Below the pieces are notes generated by a model. That model made no database searches, was not told the origin of the DNA, and saw nothing but the letters and a program-made list of their open reading frames with translations. Below are positions 26,388 to 41,030 of a stretch of DNA of 64,000 nucleotides, in pieces. The translations under genes and the position numbers were made by a program. Origin of the DNA: Antedon mediterranea (taxonomy: Eukaryota; Animalia; Echinodermata). The stretch spans positions 24,166,795 through 24,230,794 of the forward strand of contig NC_092670.1 in assembly GCF_964355755.1 (NCBI RefSeq). The letters are read 5' to 3'. How positions within the stretch are numbered: the stretch's first letter is position 1; each line of letters starts with the position of its first letter.

Positions 26388-27131
26388 GGTACAATTTTAA
26401 CTTTCTGAAAGTATAGCAATATTTGTTTTTGGTGAAACATTACAGAATATAGATTCCTACACAAGCATGTAGGCCTAAACTTGAAATACGAATTTATTAA
26501 TTTTTTTATTTAGTAATAATTATTATACAGATATTGCCTGCTTAGAGGTGAAATATACTATTTGAAATCCCGAGGGAATGGTATTTGCAACCAATCACGT
26601 TCACGTATTTACATAGCCTATGTAATATAAACATATTCAGCATGAATAGCATTTAAATTGTGATAATATCACAATGTAAATTCTATTCTAAAATCCATTT
26701 TGTAAATGTTCTTACAAATGGTCCATGATGAGATAACAATTTAGAAAGGCCCTATATAGACAAGACAATTTATCATTTCAAATTTTTAAATGTATACAGT
26801 TATTTGAAAATGTATTTAGAAAAACATACGATATGCCTAAAGGTGTTTACCCCACCCACATATGCATAGTTTGGATTTTATTCTTCCCCACCCTCCCTGA
26901 CATTTCTGGCTAAAACACTTGTCGACAGTAATTGAAATACATTTTGCACTAAGCCTATATATTCCAAACCATAAATCAAAATGATTATAGGCCTATTAAG
27001 CAATATTTATTCAAAACAACGCATTCATCAGACATGACATGACAATCCTTTATCTTATAATGAGCTCATTATGATTGATTGTATATATACAGATTATAGA
27101 TTTTTAAGGCTTGCTTGTCTGCGAGAGAACT

Positions 27132-28102
27132 TGGAATTTCCAATTGAATGACGTAATCACACGTCACGGCAATAAACTCGCTGAAGCAAATTTGACACCG
27201 ACGTGACGTACATTATTACATAAGTTGGGAATTCCCATTCTTGTGTAATAATAAACGTCAAAAGCCTAGTAATTCTACCATGTCAAAACTGTTTTGGAAA
27301 TCGCCAAAGCACGTTAATGGAATTAATGGCTGAGTAGTACAGTATGATAAAAAATTTATTATTCTTATTATTCTTATTGTATCTAAAAACTCTGTAAATA
27401 AAATGTTTATAGTTCACAATTTTAGCGGTAAATGCAGTATTCGATTTTGAAACAGTTGGATGAAAAAAGTGGGGCACAATTAATTTATATATAATAAATC
27501 ATAACATTTATCATAAATCATGACATTTATCATAACATGAGTGAATGTCATTGGGGATATGCCTGCACAGTATACATTTAATTAGTGGCGTCTTTGGCAT
27601 TTCACACATTATCATTAGTCTTATTATGGTCATCAAAATATCATAAATTATAATATTAATAATCTAATGTTTTTCAGCTCTCATCGTTTTCATAACAGCA
27701 AAATTGTAGTACAATCACAGAGTTCATTTCCCTCCGATATTGTGTATTTAAAATGGACTTGCTCTATGTAGGCCTATCGGTTATTTTTCTTAAATAGCCC
27801 TCTTAAATTAATTATACAAAACAATATAAAATGTTTTTAATTATTTCATTACATAATAAACATATGAATAACAACTAACATGACATGAAGACAATAACAC
27901 GTACGTGGTATCGCATCATAATATGTAACGTTCTTGTACTTACATGTATTTGAATTGTAATTTCTCTCTGTGCTCCGTACGTATTTAAACGTAATAGGGC
28001 CTACGCTCTTCGTTGAAGGTTGTGAGTAGACTAAGAGCATATTGCACAAATAATACTCTTATGTCGACATCAGGGAATTTCCAAACGAACATGGAAATCC
28101 CC
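27132..28102. promoter_or_regulatory. Cluster of NF-kB/Rel-type sites and CRE-like sites upstream of cGLR-Ubl
   Basis: TGGAATTTCC 27132-27141, GGGAATTCCC 27227-27236, GGGAATTTCC 28073-28082, GGAAATCCCC 28093-28102; TGACGTAA 27149-27156 and TGACGTA at about 27204. Function is inferred. Confidence 0.6.
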
Positions 28103-28269
28103 AATCTAGAATTCTAGAACGTTCTCTTCTTCATTCTATGTTTGTGTTGGGATTTTCGCTGAACTATTTATAGTAAAGCAATGAACATTTGCTCTGTTGC
28201 TCTGTCAACTCACAAATGCGGCGGATCATCATCAAACTGTGATTGGTCAGATTCTGTAGCTTTCACTAG

Positions 28270-29463
28270 CAGGGGTGGCGCCAGGATCTTCCGGACGCGG
28301 GGGCTACATTCCCCGACGAGGGGGCTATGCGAGCGAAGCGAGCATCACTAGGCTGGGGGCCAGGGGGCCGCCAAGGGCCCCCGGTGGGGGTCCAGGGGGG
28401 CGAAGCCCCCGGAAGCAACGCGTTCTAGCGTCATTTGAGGTCATTTTAATCAGATTTAGGGTAGCCATTTTTTCCATTTTTTATAATGCATAAATAAAAT
28501 ACTGCGTGCAAAAAAACGATGCGCGGTGACTGTTTCAATCCATATTTTTCAATTTAAAAAATAAAAGTTCAAAGAAAATTTAGAAAAATAGAGTTGGAGG
28601 TCCCGGAAATTGGACTTATTATACTTCAAAACATGAAACAAAATATATAAGTCCCTATCATGGTTGTGACTGAGCTAAGAAATGTTTGAGAGATGTTAGG
28701 TCCCGGAAAATGCACTTCTTGTACTTCGAAATATGACCGTCGGTAAACTTCGCCTGGAAAATAACTATACAGTACACATTTTGGTCCCCTGATGGAACAT
28801 GATATCACGCGTCTCGACCCAACGTTGAACGATTCGTACAAAGGGATACCGCCAGACAAGTGCGTACCTAACTATTGTTTAGTAGTAAGTTAGATCGCTG
28901 GCAATAATGAATGCATATAAAGTGCATAATATCACTCTGACGTACTCTCACGGTCAATGAAACGTCGCGGTTTTCTAGGCGCTGAAGCTAGCTACGAAGT
29001 GAACGCGAACGCTTTTTACTGTATATTATATTCCCCGACAAAAAGTACCCGTGTTCCCTTCGGTAACCGTCGGTAAACTTCGCCTGGAAAATAACTACAT
29101 TACACATTTTGGTCCCTGGATGGAACTTGATATCACGCGTCTCGACCCAACGTTGAACGATTCGTACAAAGGGATACCGCCAAACAAGTGCGTACCTAGC
29201 TAATGTTTAGTAGTAAGTTAGATCGCTGGCAATAATGAATGCATAAAAGTGCATAATAGCCCTCTGACGTACTCTCACGGTCAATGGAACGTCGTGGTTT
29301 TCTAGGCGCTGAAGCTGTATGAAGTGAACGCGAACGTTTTTTACTGTATATTATATTCCCCGACAAAAAGTACCCGTGTTCCCCGACGGGGGGGCTAGGC
29401 TCCCCGACGAGGGGGCTAGAGCCCCCGTAGCCCCCCCCCCCCCCCCCGCTGGCGCCACCACTG
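28270..29463. mobile_element. Non-autonomous hAT-type element with 8-bp TSD
   Basis: TIR CAG(G/T)GGTGGCGCCAG; perfect TSD ttcactag at 28262-28269 and 29464-29471; internal ~330-bp tandem duplication (about 28737-29058 and 29067-29382). Confidence 0.92.
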
Positions 29464-29675
29464 TTCACTAGTAGACAGGCAGCTCGGCAGCCCAGACATT
29501 TAGTTAGATGACCTAGTTACCAATATCTAACTATGTGAGTGTGTTGTGGGGTTACCTGAAGTCAAAGAAAATGCGAGTCTGTCAAGTGCCCCACGCTGCG
29601 TAAAAACCCGGTGCTTAAAAATGGTACCAGATAAACTAGAAAAATACTACCTAATTTCACCACCATGAGATACCC

Positions 29676-30976
29676 ATTGACATCGTCATACCAAATTCAC
29701 AAACGACAGACAATTTATCCGCTGCAATAGGTCCGCCAATTCCCCCCCCCCCCCTCCCGCCTATACGAAGGGCTTAAGATGGGGATATCATATGAGTGAA
29801 ATACCACCTAATTTCACCACCATGAGATGCCATTGACATCCACATCCAAATTCACAAACGACAGACATTTTATCCACTGCAATAGGCCCGGCAGACCCTC
29901 CTATACGGAAGGCCTAAACATAGGAATAGCATAAATGAACACGTTGAGTTCATACAAATACCAAATCGGTAACGACTAATTGTCCGCTGCACCGCAAGGA
30001 CCAGACACGTTTGACTATAGAGACCCTCCCTTTTCTCCCAACTACTGCAGGCTATCTGATATTTGTAGATACCACCAGCAACCAATATCATATCATTTAC
30101 GACATTGTAAGGAATACAAAATGACCTATCACAGACCACTTATACACTTGGTCCTGACATAACCCGCTAAAGTTTGACCTGAGACACCCCTCCCCCATCC
30201 AGTCCCCTTCCCCCCAACTAGCTATCTTAGATATTGTAGATACCATGTCCACCGGCACACAATATCATATGATCTGGCACATTGTAAGGATACAAAATGC
30301 CTTATTACAGTCTACAGACCACCTATGAACTCCCTTTGGTCCTGCCAAATCCTGCTAAAGATAAATTGATATTGTAGATATTACCAGCAACCAATGTTAT
30401 ATTATCTACCTATTGCAGATATAATGATTTAGAAATGTATAAAAATGAGCTACAATTACCTACTGTACATATACTGCCTTGTTTTATCACCCCCATTTGA
30501 ATATAAGGTACGTCTTAGCTCACCTGGCTGTCCTTTGTAGGTACCAGAATATAAATACCAATATTCCCGCAAAAAATCAAATAAAAAAAGTTTAATTAAG
30601 TCTCTGGTCAAACATTAGCGAGGTCTGTCAGAAGTGTATAAGTGGTCTGTGATAGGTAATTTGGTATTCCTTACAATGTGGTAAATGATATACTATTGGT
30701 TGCTGGTGATATCTACACATATAAGATAGTCTAGTTTGGGGAAGGGAGAGTCAAACTTTAGGGTGTCTGTTACTTGCGGTGCAGCGGACAATTAGTCTGT
30801 TGTTACCCATTTGGTATTGTATGAATTCAACTTGTTCATTTGGAATTATTTGTGAGTGGTACCTCACTCAACTATACTATCCCCATTTTTAGGCTATCCG
30901 TATAGGGTTGTCTAGCGGGCCTTTTGCAGCGGATAAAATATCTGTCGTATGTGAATTTGGTATGAGGATGTCAATG
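29676..30976. repeat. Foldback (long inverted repeat) segment within the left TIR
   Basis: cattgacatcgtcataccaaattcacaaacgacaga..tatccgctgcaa vs its reverse complement ending at 30976; about 29930-30150 mirrors about 30635-30842. Confidence 0.8.
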
Positions 30977-32259
30977 CACCCGATTCTCGTACGGTTCATG
31001 TCTAACAACAAGAAACTGCTGCGGTGTTCCATGTCAAGCGACCATAACAGGCCCATCCATATCACGCATGTGTCACTGTTGCATGTCCCAGTACTGTACT
31101 ACAGTAAAACTTAATTCATCTAATGTGAAATTGTCCGCCGGCAACCAGAGTTGAGTCGTAGGCCCAACCAAACAATGGAACTCGCTCGCATTATAATTAT
31201 AGACCTAGGTTATACTACTAGGAGGCAGTGTATGCAATTCTAGGATTTAGATTTTATTTCTGTTTAAGTAAACTATCGGGATATTTCAGTAAATATTTCG
31301 ATGTTTTTCCACCAAGAATGTTATGCCCAGTCATTGGTATTAGTTACCGAAATGTCTGTACAATTTCACCAAATTTGGTACGGGTTGACCTGATCGTCTC
31401 TAAAATGGGCCCGATATCGTCTTAGACGAGTCCTCCTAAATACCAAGCCCCCCTATCAATAATTATCACTGGAGGACCCTTTAAAAAAATAAACCTCCAT
31501 GCTTGAACCGACCCGATCGATCTAGCCTGCCTAAGGAGACCGTGCAGTTTTGTACCAAGATAAGTATAAATAAATATAATTATTTCGTTTTATGTAGGCT
31601 AGCTAGGCCTAGCCTTTTTGTGCAGTGGTGGCCTAGCTTGACCTTATCTAGTAGTAGGCTAGGCTAGCCGTGATTATTTACCCATGCATCCGCCTCAGGA
31701 TGCTCTAGCTGATTGCTCTACGAGGCCAGGCCTTATTATACACCCTTATTATAATGATTCATACCCAAGTTTTATTAAATGCTAAAAAATGCCTAGGCTA
31801 GTATAATGTTCGATTCGGGTACGAACTGACCAATACAATTTGGCATGGGTACGAGTTTGTTATGGTACGGGTGAGATCCCCACTAACACCTCCCCCACCC
31901 ACTAGCTAGGCTAACCAATGGCGATCCACCTATGGCATGGCTAGGCCCAGTATCAACCATCATGATGTTCAACTACATTTTTGCTACAAATTACAATTAT
32001 AATAATTGTAACTATACATTGTTACTAAATACAGGTCAACCCCGTCCCGTACCTATACCAACTCGTACCCATGGCAGCTGACGCGTATCCAAGTAAAGTT
32101 TAATGCTATGTAAAACATTTATTTTATTATTAATTTTCTTGAAATGGGACCCTCTGCCCACTTTACTTCACGGCATTTTTCTCGCTCTTCTGTGGTCGAT
32201 CTATAAAACCTATGATAGACTTCAGGATTTCATATTCTAGATAACAATTTTTAAAAATA

Positions 32260-33858
32260 AACTAGACATGTAACTCGTCACTTTGACGAGTTTGGTTATC
32301 CGCCGCGCAAGTGGTGCAACATTAACATTAAGGGGATAGGTTGAGGACAAAAGGAAGTGTTCACGTTGGCATTATGACCTGAACTGAAGAATATGATATG
32401 TTGTTATTGCTGAATTTTATTATTTAAATTCATATATAGTATACACAGTATAATCTGTATCCATATCACATACAGTGTAGAATAGGTGAAATTACGGGAC
32501 CCGCTATTTATTGCAATTTTTAACATGTTGACGGTTTTAAAATGAAACGCGAAGGTAGCAATTCCGAAAGGAAATTATCTCAGCAACAACGTATTAGCGT
32601 GTAGAAGAAATTTGAATACGTGAAATATTGATGCGCGCTCTTTTAAATGTAATGAATTATGACGCAAAAGATGAAAATACGACCTTTTTTATATAACTGG
32701 CCATATGATGACGTCACAACATCCGATTGGCAACATTTTTACATAATTTCGTATCTACAATCCAATAGCTTCCAGAAAAAGTTTTAATCGTGATTATCAC
32801 ATTTTATTCTTATGAGCTATAACAGATTAAAATTTACTGTAAAGATGAAATTAATGCCACACGTGATTTAAATTTTTAGGCATGATGACGTCAAAAAAAT
32901 TAAAATATTTTTAACTCCTGCGAAAGATACTTGATTGACCTAGACAATATCAAAATCTGGGTGAAAATGGAAAACGGATAAGTGGAGAAGCGCTCTATTC
33001 AATGTGATGAGCTATGACGAAAGGTACAAAAATCCTAAATTTTATATTCGCGTGGCCATACGATGACGTCACAATGTCCGGTTAGCCATATTAATACCTG
33101 ATCCGATATCTATAACTCATCTACTTCCAGAATATGCCATCCACAAAAAGTTGACCGTCTAGTTTAGAAATTACGACTGTTTAAAAAAAGGCATATTTTA
33201 AACAAATTTTTTAACCTTTTCTTAAAAAACGCGCGCAAATTGTCCAATTCGACGTGCTCGTATGACGTATCTTTAAGTCGAAATTGTTTAAAATTTGGTA
33301 AAATTACTAGAAAAGGCTGGAAAAATATAAATCACGCGAAAAAAATACGTTTTCAATGCTACGTGCGCACCGCACACGTAAAAATGTGCGCACGCGTTGG
33401 AATTTTTGACATGCTTAAAACGACATGAATCGCGTAGAAAGTTGATTATAAATTAATTTTGCGCATTTTGAAATTTTAAATGCGCGTGCGCGCGTAACTT
33501 TGTGTAAAACACGCAATTTTTTTTCAACAGAAAGTTAGCGCATAATATAAATTAAACTTTTGCAAAGTTTCAAGTTGAAATGTTATTTGGTTGTCGAGCT
33601 ATGTTAAATACGACAAAATCGTTAAATCGCGCGTAAGTCACGTTGCGCAATTGTAAACATCATGAAAAGCTTCGCTGCACATCTTCATGTGCATGACGAT
33701 ATGTTGAGAAAGTTACAAAATGTTATGTTTGCAAGTTTTAGAGAAAAGCGATCCACAAAAATCATACAGAAAGAAAGAAGACAAATAAAAAGTTGATGTT
33801 GATGATTTCGTACAATCACAAGAGGTTATCCTGCAACTTCGTTGCGGATAACCAAAAA
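32260..33858 (+). mobile_element. Helentron/HINE-like insertion
   Basis: Starts aactag..ggttatccgc and ends with the hairpin ggttatcctgcaacttcgttgcggataacc plus an A tract; internal repeated gatgacgtca motifs. Confidence 0.55.
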
Positions 33859-35747
33859 TGTTATTGGTTAGTGTGATTAAATTTATATTTGTACGTATGT
33901 TTCCAAACCAAATACATATAGGCCTACAGTTCTGTATTAAATTTAAAACATTATATTTCCAGATGGTTGTAGCTGTACTTTCAGAAATAAAAGATATCGT
34001 CATGAATTTTTCCCACCCTCGTACCTCCTAGAATTTGATACTACGGTATTAATGCTGTATGAAAATATAAGAAGGGCATTTCCATGGTGAGAAATTTCAG
34101 TGCATATTTATTTAAATTACTTGGATCTGGGCAATGTCATCAGATAATTATTTGCACGTACAGTAGTTACACTAACCCTATTATCAACTAATAATGTGAT
34201 TTAATAATATTTTTTACAGTTATTGAAGAAATACATGATTCATTGTGGAAATCGAAGTGATTCAAATACAATAAAAGAAGATAGAACAAAGTTGTTAAGA
34301 GTGTGAAATGATGTCCACCATTATTCAGATGTACATTGTGCAAAAAAAATATTTAGACAGTAGGGTCGTTCTATGCAAAGTTTGGTTTGTTTATTTTCAA
34401 AAATGATTATTGTAACTATACATTGTTACTAAATACAGGTCAACCCCGTCCCGTACCTATACCAACTCGTACCCATGGCAGCTGACGCGTATCCAAGTAA
34501 TTTTAATTTTTAAGATCAAAGATCTATTATTTATAATTTACTCATAGTTAATAATCGTCATGATACTCTCACTTTCAAGCATCTTCGCTCCAGTAATGAT
34601 ATGTCAAATGTTTATGCAAAATGTTTTACCTCTATAATATAATTTCAAAAGCTTTTAATTGATTGATACATAATAAATATTATTTTATATTATATCTTGT
34701 ACAACTTTAACTTTATGTATTGTCCATGTGTTCTTTTTTTAATGTAGAGTGACACTGCCACACCCACCTCAGCCAAAGCATAGGTGAAGTTACAATTGTA
34801 ACAAAATAGCACCCTTAGAAATTATAAATGCTTTTTCAAGTAAAAGTTTTAACTATGAATTATTTTACGTTCATAAAGTTAGGGGAGACTGTACTCAATA
34901 AAAATATGTAGTTCCCCATAGTATCTGAATTGTATGTACATTTCATTACCCAAATGATATCGGACCTATATTTTAATGTATAATGATAATGCAACTATAA
35001 ATGTAAATTTACACAATGTTTATGCAAAATGTTTTACCTCTATAATATAATTTCAAATGCTTTTAATTGATTGATACATAATAAATATTATTTTATTAAT
35101 TTTGATTTCATTTACTTTACAGTAGTATCTTTTGTTTTTTATTCAATATGTTAATTAGTAACCAATTGAAATAAAATTTAATACATGTTGCGATCCGTGA
35201 AATACTAATAATGTATTTAACTTGTTTGCTTTAATTAATTATCAACAACATTTACACTAACACCAAATTGCATGTCAGTCAGCCATAACAGGTAATTTTA
35301 TGATGGTACGGTACACTTGTTCGGCTACCATATAAAGGGAGAATTTCCAGTATACAGAAAATGCCACTGGTAAACACTCTAGACTAAACTAAAGCATTTT
35401 GAAGAATACAGTAAATAGGATGTACAACAAACCAAGTTTAATTGTTCTAGATAGTTATTCATTTAAAATACCATTTACATACAGTTATATACAATAAGGA
35501 TTTAAAAATATTACATACACTATGACTATATAACTACACAGGCTTTTGCCAGTATTAATGTGCAGCAATCATACCAACTCACCCAGCCTGATGAAGTCAT
35601 GTTGATAACATAACATATTACAAAATAATTAATATGTACAGTAGTGTATACAATATTAATCATTATAAGTTACCAGAGGCAACTTTCAAGTTTGTCTGAA
35701 TTGATCGGGGCTGCAATCAGATAAGTAAACATGTTCCTGCTTTTTTT

Positions 35748-35898
35748 ATTTCTTGCACACCCCCCTTAAATGCCGTAGGATGTTTTGCCATGGTTCCCAG
35801 GTACACTCTGACTCGGGAACCCAATCCACTTAATACCAAGTATTCCTTCTTTTTTCTTCTATACCGAGTTTTGACAATGTGCTCCAAATCAAATACAC
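35748..35898 (-). pseudogene. Frameshifted chromodomain-coding exon
   Basis: After acceptor ttttttcAG the frames read GVFDLEHIVKTRYRRKKKEYLV / KWIGFP / ESECTWEPWQNIL (two frameshifts), matching the chromodomain pattern Y-L-V-K-W-x-G-F/Y...TWEP..N. A phase-compatible upstream exon lies at about 36346-36403. Confidence 0.7.
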
Positions 35899-38800
35899 CT
35901 GAAAAAATGCAATTAATAAAATGTCAATTACATCATATACATGTAGTCTGTGTGAAAAAACAGTCCTATTAGCTCCTAAGCAAGTCCCCTTTATCTTAGC
36001 GGCAATACATTCTGGCTTTCACCCACACCTCACAGGTTCAATTCCCCGTCCAATAGGAAAGTGAGTGGCAGCGGTTGGATGGATTTATCTGAGCTAATAA
36101 TTAATGCTCATATCAATAACAATGACCAGATTATTTTATTGTTGATCAACTTCACAATTTACAAGTTAAAGGGCCAATTTCATTATTGACTGATCTGGTA
36201 AAGGGTGGTGGCACACCAATAACTGATTCTACCTATCTTAAAGATGCATTGGTTTTATAGTAGATTTATTTGGATGATGCTATATTGTACAGTTATGTAT
36301 ATGTTATTCTACATATATGTTACTCTACATATACAAACACATTACCTGGTTTATTCTCATTGATGGGTACCCACACTTTTACATAAATTTTCCATATCTG
36401 TAGCTGAAAAATATAAATACGTCACTGCATTAGATATTTTAGTAATGATACAATAAAATTAGCTTTTAATGTTACCATGCAGCAAACAAAATATATATAT
36501 ATATTTCTCACAGAATTTGTTATAAAGTGTAATAAGTACTTTTTAGGATGAGAATTAAGGTATAATCTCTGAGAAGCTACTTACCGCACACAAATGATGT
36601 GAACTGATAAAAATTGCTTTGCTTTGGTGGTACTGTACCTCTAAATCATGCCACTCTCTGCGAGTGGTGCTAAACCATTCTAAGGTTTTCAAGAGACCTT
36701 CTAAATCATGAGAAATTTGATTTGATACACTAATAAAGATGCTTAATAATATTGGCTGCTACCATCTTCTGTTGACTGCAATGTAGAAATTGAGACGGAC
36801 AGTGAATTTTTTATAGGATTAAACATTTCATAAACTGTAACATGGCTTAGTTTTACAGTGGTCGTACAGGTAGGCCTATAGAATATATAATAATGGATGG
36901 TTTTAAATTTGTATAACGCATACTAGTACTAGTAGTATGTAGTACTAGTAGGCTAGGCAGCCTTCATCATTAGGCCTGTTTTTAGTATTCAAAGAAATTA
37001 TTTAGACTCAAGCTTTCTTTGAGACAACTTTGCTGTAAGTATAAGAGTTAGTTTAGTTAGTTGCTGGCCAGAGACTCGTCAACTTTATTGTTGATATTTT
37101 TTATTACTCCGTGGATAACATATTTTCCCGTAACAGTAAGCCTAACTATTATTTCATTTCATCACATTTCATAATTTGTTTCTGTTTAGGTAGTATAAGT
37201 GTTATTATTTGATTTATTAAACTAGAAATAAATGGAACTACTAGTAACTTCCCTATTTAAAAATGGTCTTGTCTAGCATCGGCCTTGCCTTCTGCTGGGT
37301 ATAGGTAGGAGGTAGAGCCCTCAGAGCCCGCCGAGGCACTCTGGTAGACATGAGCTAGGCCCCCACTAAACCAAAAGACCTACTCGTAGGCCGACCTCTC
37401 TCGCGGAGTGACTAATAAGCATACGCGGCTAGAGCGAATCTCTTCCCGGTTCCCCATACACTGAACCACCACTAGCTAGCCTACAATATTTAGTGAGACT
37501 CGTCAATTTACTATTAAGGCATGCATTGCTAGATATTTTACACATTGATAATATATTTTCTCATATTGGAAGTACTTATTATTTTAATTCATTATGTTTC
37601 ATACTTTATTTTTTTAGACATTAGTTTCCTTTCTTGATTAAATGAATTGAAAATAAATAAACATATTGCATTAATTAACGGTTCCTTTAGCAAAATGGAA
37701 TATCCTTTCCTGTAGTGTAAGAATACAAAAATAATTGGGAGCTCCGTACCTGTGCGATGAAGTCTGTGAGTTAAAGAATACTCGAGCGGAAGAATAACAC
37801 ACACACTAACCATATCAATTTACTAGCAAAACAGCGTCCTCTCCGATTTTTTCGCGTAGATTTTAAATAACGAAAAAATAAATGTCAAATAATAGCTAAT
37901 AATGACTAATTAGTACACATACTTAATATTTAATAGTGTAAGTTTGTTCCACACATAAAACAGCATTTAATTCCAAAATTGTAATACAATTATATTGGAA
38001 AGTTAGATTTGTATTGGTAATTGAAATTTATATTATTTGGACTAATAATAAAACTGTAAAACAGCATTCAAAAACTATTGCGGAAAAATACTTAATCAAT
38101 TGCAATTTTGTTCAAATTTGGTACAAGCATTTTATATGTATTTGTTCATCTTTGGTAGAAAAATTGGGTAATTTACTAAGATTTTAGATTGTTTGGACCA
38201 TTTGTATTTTCAAAATATGATGCCTATGAACACACTATGCAACTTGAACTCATTTTTTAGTGAAAATGCTCCTATTAATAATGTACAAAACAAAAAGAAT
38301 GACACAGTATTATTCTTTTACAATAATAATAGGTGAAGGCAAATCTTACAACTTTAAGTGACACAACATTTTTTTTTACGGAGACAGAGTATTATTCTTT
38401 AAAATAAAAAAATATGTTACTATTATTAGGCCTAATGCCTTATTTTAAAATGTATTAAACTTAGTTGATTGAAATTGACCCTTTCAGGTGTAGCTACACG
38501 TCTAAATGAACTACCTAATATCATTTTATTAATTACACATAAATACGGGTACATGGGAAGAGGATGTTATCAAAAACAGTTATAACACCCTACATGGCAG
38601 TGCACCCGTAGCCATTTTTTTTTCTTTAAAAAGGGGAAAATGCAAGCAACTGAAGAAAAAATATATTTAAGTCTACCTACTGTAGTAGATGAAAAAAATG
38701 TCTGCTGGCTAGGAGAATTGGCCATAATTCTCATGAGTTAGGCATTTACTAGCAATTTCGCTGATGGTCTCTGTGTGAAAAGGGCACTTAAGAAAAAAAA

Positions 38801-38924
38801 AGTTGGTGGAGTTGGGGGGGGGGGGGGGTAAGGGGTTATTCGAACCCATTTGTCGAAATAAATGAATGAATGAATATTTGAGTGGCCATTATGATGACGT
38901 TACAACATTTTTCATGAACTCAAT

Positions 38925-39419
38925 AGGGAGGTTTCGCAACCTTACGAATACGATAACGAAAACGGATACGTCATACATTTGTGAAACTTTTGAGCTGATC
39001 CCCATTTAATATTCGTAAAGCGTATTCGTGTTGACGAATATCGCCAGTCATATTCGTAACTACAAAACGAGTATAGTTTTTGATCTATTTTGCACATTTT
39101 GCATTTGAATCAGGAATGATTCATGATTATAATATAATTATAGATTTATTGAAAGTAATTTACTAAAATGCCAAGTCAATTTTGATAAATAGCAGTTTTT
39201 AAAGTCCTCACTCGCGTTGATGTTACGCTAGGCCTAGGCAGCCAAGCACCAAGCAACACGTACCTGCGCTTCGCTCAAATTTACCGCAGTCATCATTTGG
39301 ACGCGCCTCAATATTTCGTTGCCATGCGAAACAGATTTTTTTATGGCTTACGAAAACGAATACGTGTGTGTGACGTATCTGTTTTCGTTATCGTATTCGT
39401 AAGATTGCGAAACCTCTCT
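38925..39419. mobile_element. MITE with ~50-bp TIRs
   Basis: agggaggtttcgcaaccttacgaatacgataacgaaaacggatacgtca / tgacgtatctgttttcgttatcgtattcgtaagattgcgaaacctctct, flanked by AT on both sides. Confidence 0.85.
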
Positions 39420-40309
39420 ATTTTCTTCATTTCAGCCTTTTAGTGGAATATTTAACAGTAAGATGACTAATAATGCTTATTATAACCATTATTATTTCGC
39501 ATAATGTGCAACACCCATCAATTGGTACAAGGGTATATTACAAAGTGAACATTACTAAAAGTAGGCCTGTAATAATGCTCTGTTGCAAAATATACTCTCA
39601 AGAAACTAGGAGTGTTGTATACATTTTATTGCAATACCATATAAATCAATAGTAACAACAAGACGTGTAATTTATTGTATTGTTAATTGATAAAACAAAA
39701 TATTAATTTGTACTATAAATATCTAAAACATCTCTGCGAAATACAAAATTATTTTAATATTATTAACAGTAATTTCTTTGTCACACTAAAATATCACATA
39801 CAACTAAAATTATTTGATATTTATTTTTGAAATGTTTATTTGATAATGCTTTTAAGGAATATTTTTAGGTGCTAAATTCTGTCTTGGACGGGTGATGGCA
39901 TTTCATCCTCAACCCCTATTTCTTCATATGTCTGTTTATGTATTCACACGACACAATCCTGTATTTTATCCTGTAACAATAAATACAACTGTAATTACAT
40001 GATCACCGAAACAACACATTAATAACATACAACATAACATAAAATGATTAGTAAAAATGTTAATGTTAAAGAAACCAACTATTTAATTGTGTAAAATAAT
40101 ATGCCATGTACAATGTTGCCGTTGCAACTAAATAAAAACACAGAAATGAATACAAGTGTAACTACACATTAACACAAACAGTGGATAGGGGAAAATCTGG
40201 CTTTGTACTAGGCTGCTGTATTGTAGACTTACTTTTAATCTGCACAAAAATATCCCCATCCTCATGATATTTCATATGGACCACTACTGTAGCTTTAAAG
40301 ATTGATTGA

Positions 40310-41030
40310 AAATAATTGTTAAACATATCAGCCTTTTGTTAAGCATCTCAGCTTAAAAACAGAAGTACCTCCAAGATTTAAGGCTGACGGTTAAGAGTAA
40401 TTAGATTTATAAGACTTCTTCATCCAAGACCAAAATTTGTTGTTGTTACATTTCATTTCATTAGCAAGTGCTTGTAAGTAAGAGTAGTACTTGCTCCTAC
40501 AAAGGAGCAGTAATACAGAATCAGTAAGATACTTCTTCTTGAATTTAAGGATTTTTCTTTGGACTTAACACTAGCAAAAAGTTCAGCATCAAACAATGGA
40601 GGTAGCTTCCTACGAGGTTTATACATAGGAACAAGATCGCAAGCAGTAGCTAAAACAAAATCATAGAAAAGGTCACACAGATTCATCAACATTATTGCAC
40701 AATTCCAAGAGAATACACGGTATATGATACACGGTATATGATACAAAGTATCAATTCAGTCAGCATTATTTAGTCTTTAAAAATTGAAAATTATTTAAAA
40801 TGATCAACATCACGTATGCTATTACAATATGTATAAGTACGGTTAAAGAAGAATGATCAGAATTAAAAATGTCATCATTACAATTAACACTATTAGAAAT
40901 ATCCTTATTGCTACAAATCAGGTCTAAAACATAAGTAGGTTCTTTATTAATTACATTGAAAAAAACCAAAAAGGATTAAAAACAGAGTCCAAGAAACTTA
41001 AAATCGACAGCTAGTAGACAAACCATGTAA
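40310..41030 (-). mobile_element. Decayed CR1/L2-type LINE fragment (endonuclease end and linker)
   Basis: EPTYVLDLIC..NSDH (APE C-terminal LDL/SDH motifs), then VPMYKPRRKLPPLF and KFWSWMKK, broken across frames. Confidence 0.65.

Noticed and set aside
26028-26408. Plus-strand ORFs overlapping the cGLR, Ubl and integrase genes
   Set aside because: Antisense shadows of real coding sequence with no independent motifs.
29471-29480. Target-site duplication for the 29.6-kb element (tagacag vs tagactcag at about 59113)
   Set aside because: The match needs an indel and shifted ends, so it is too weak to assign a superfamily.
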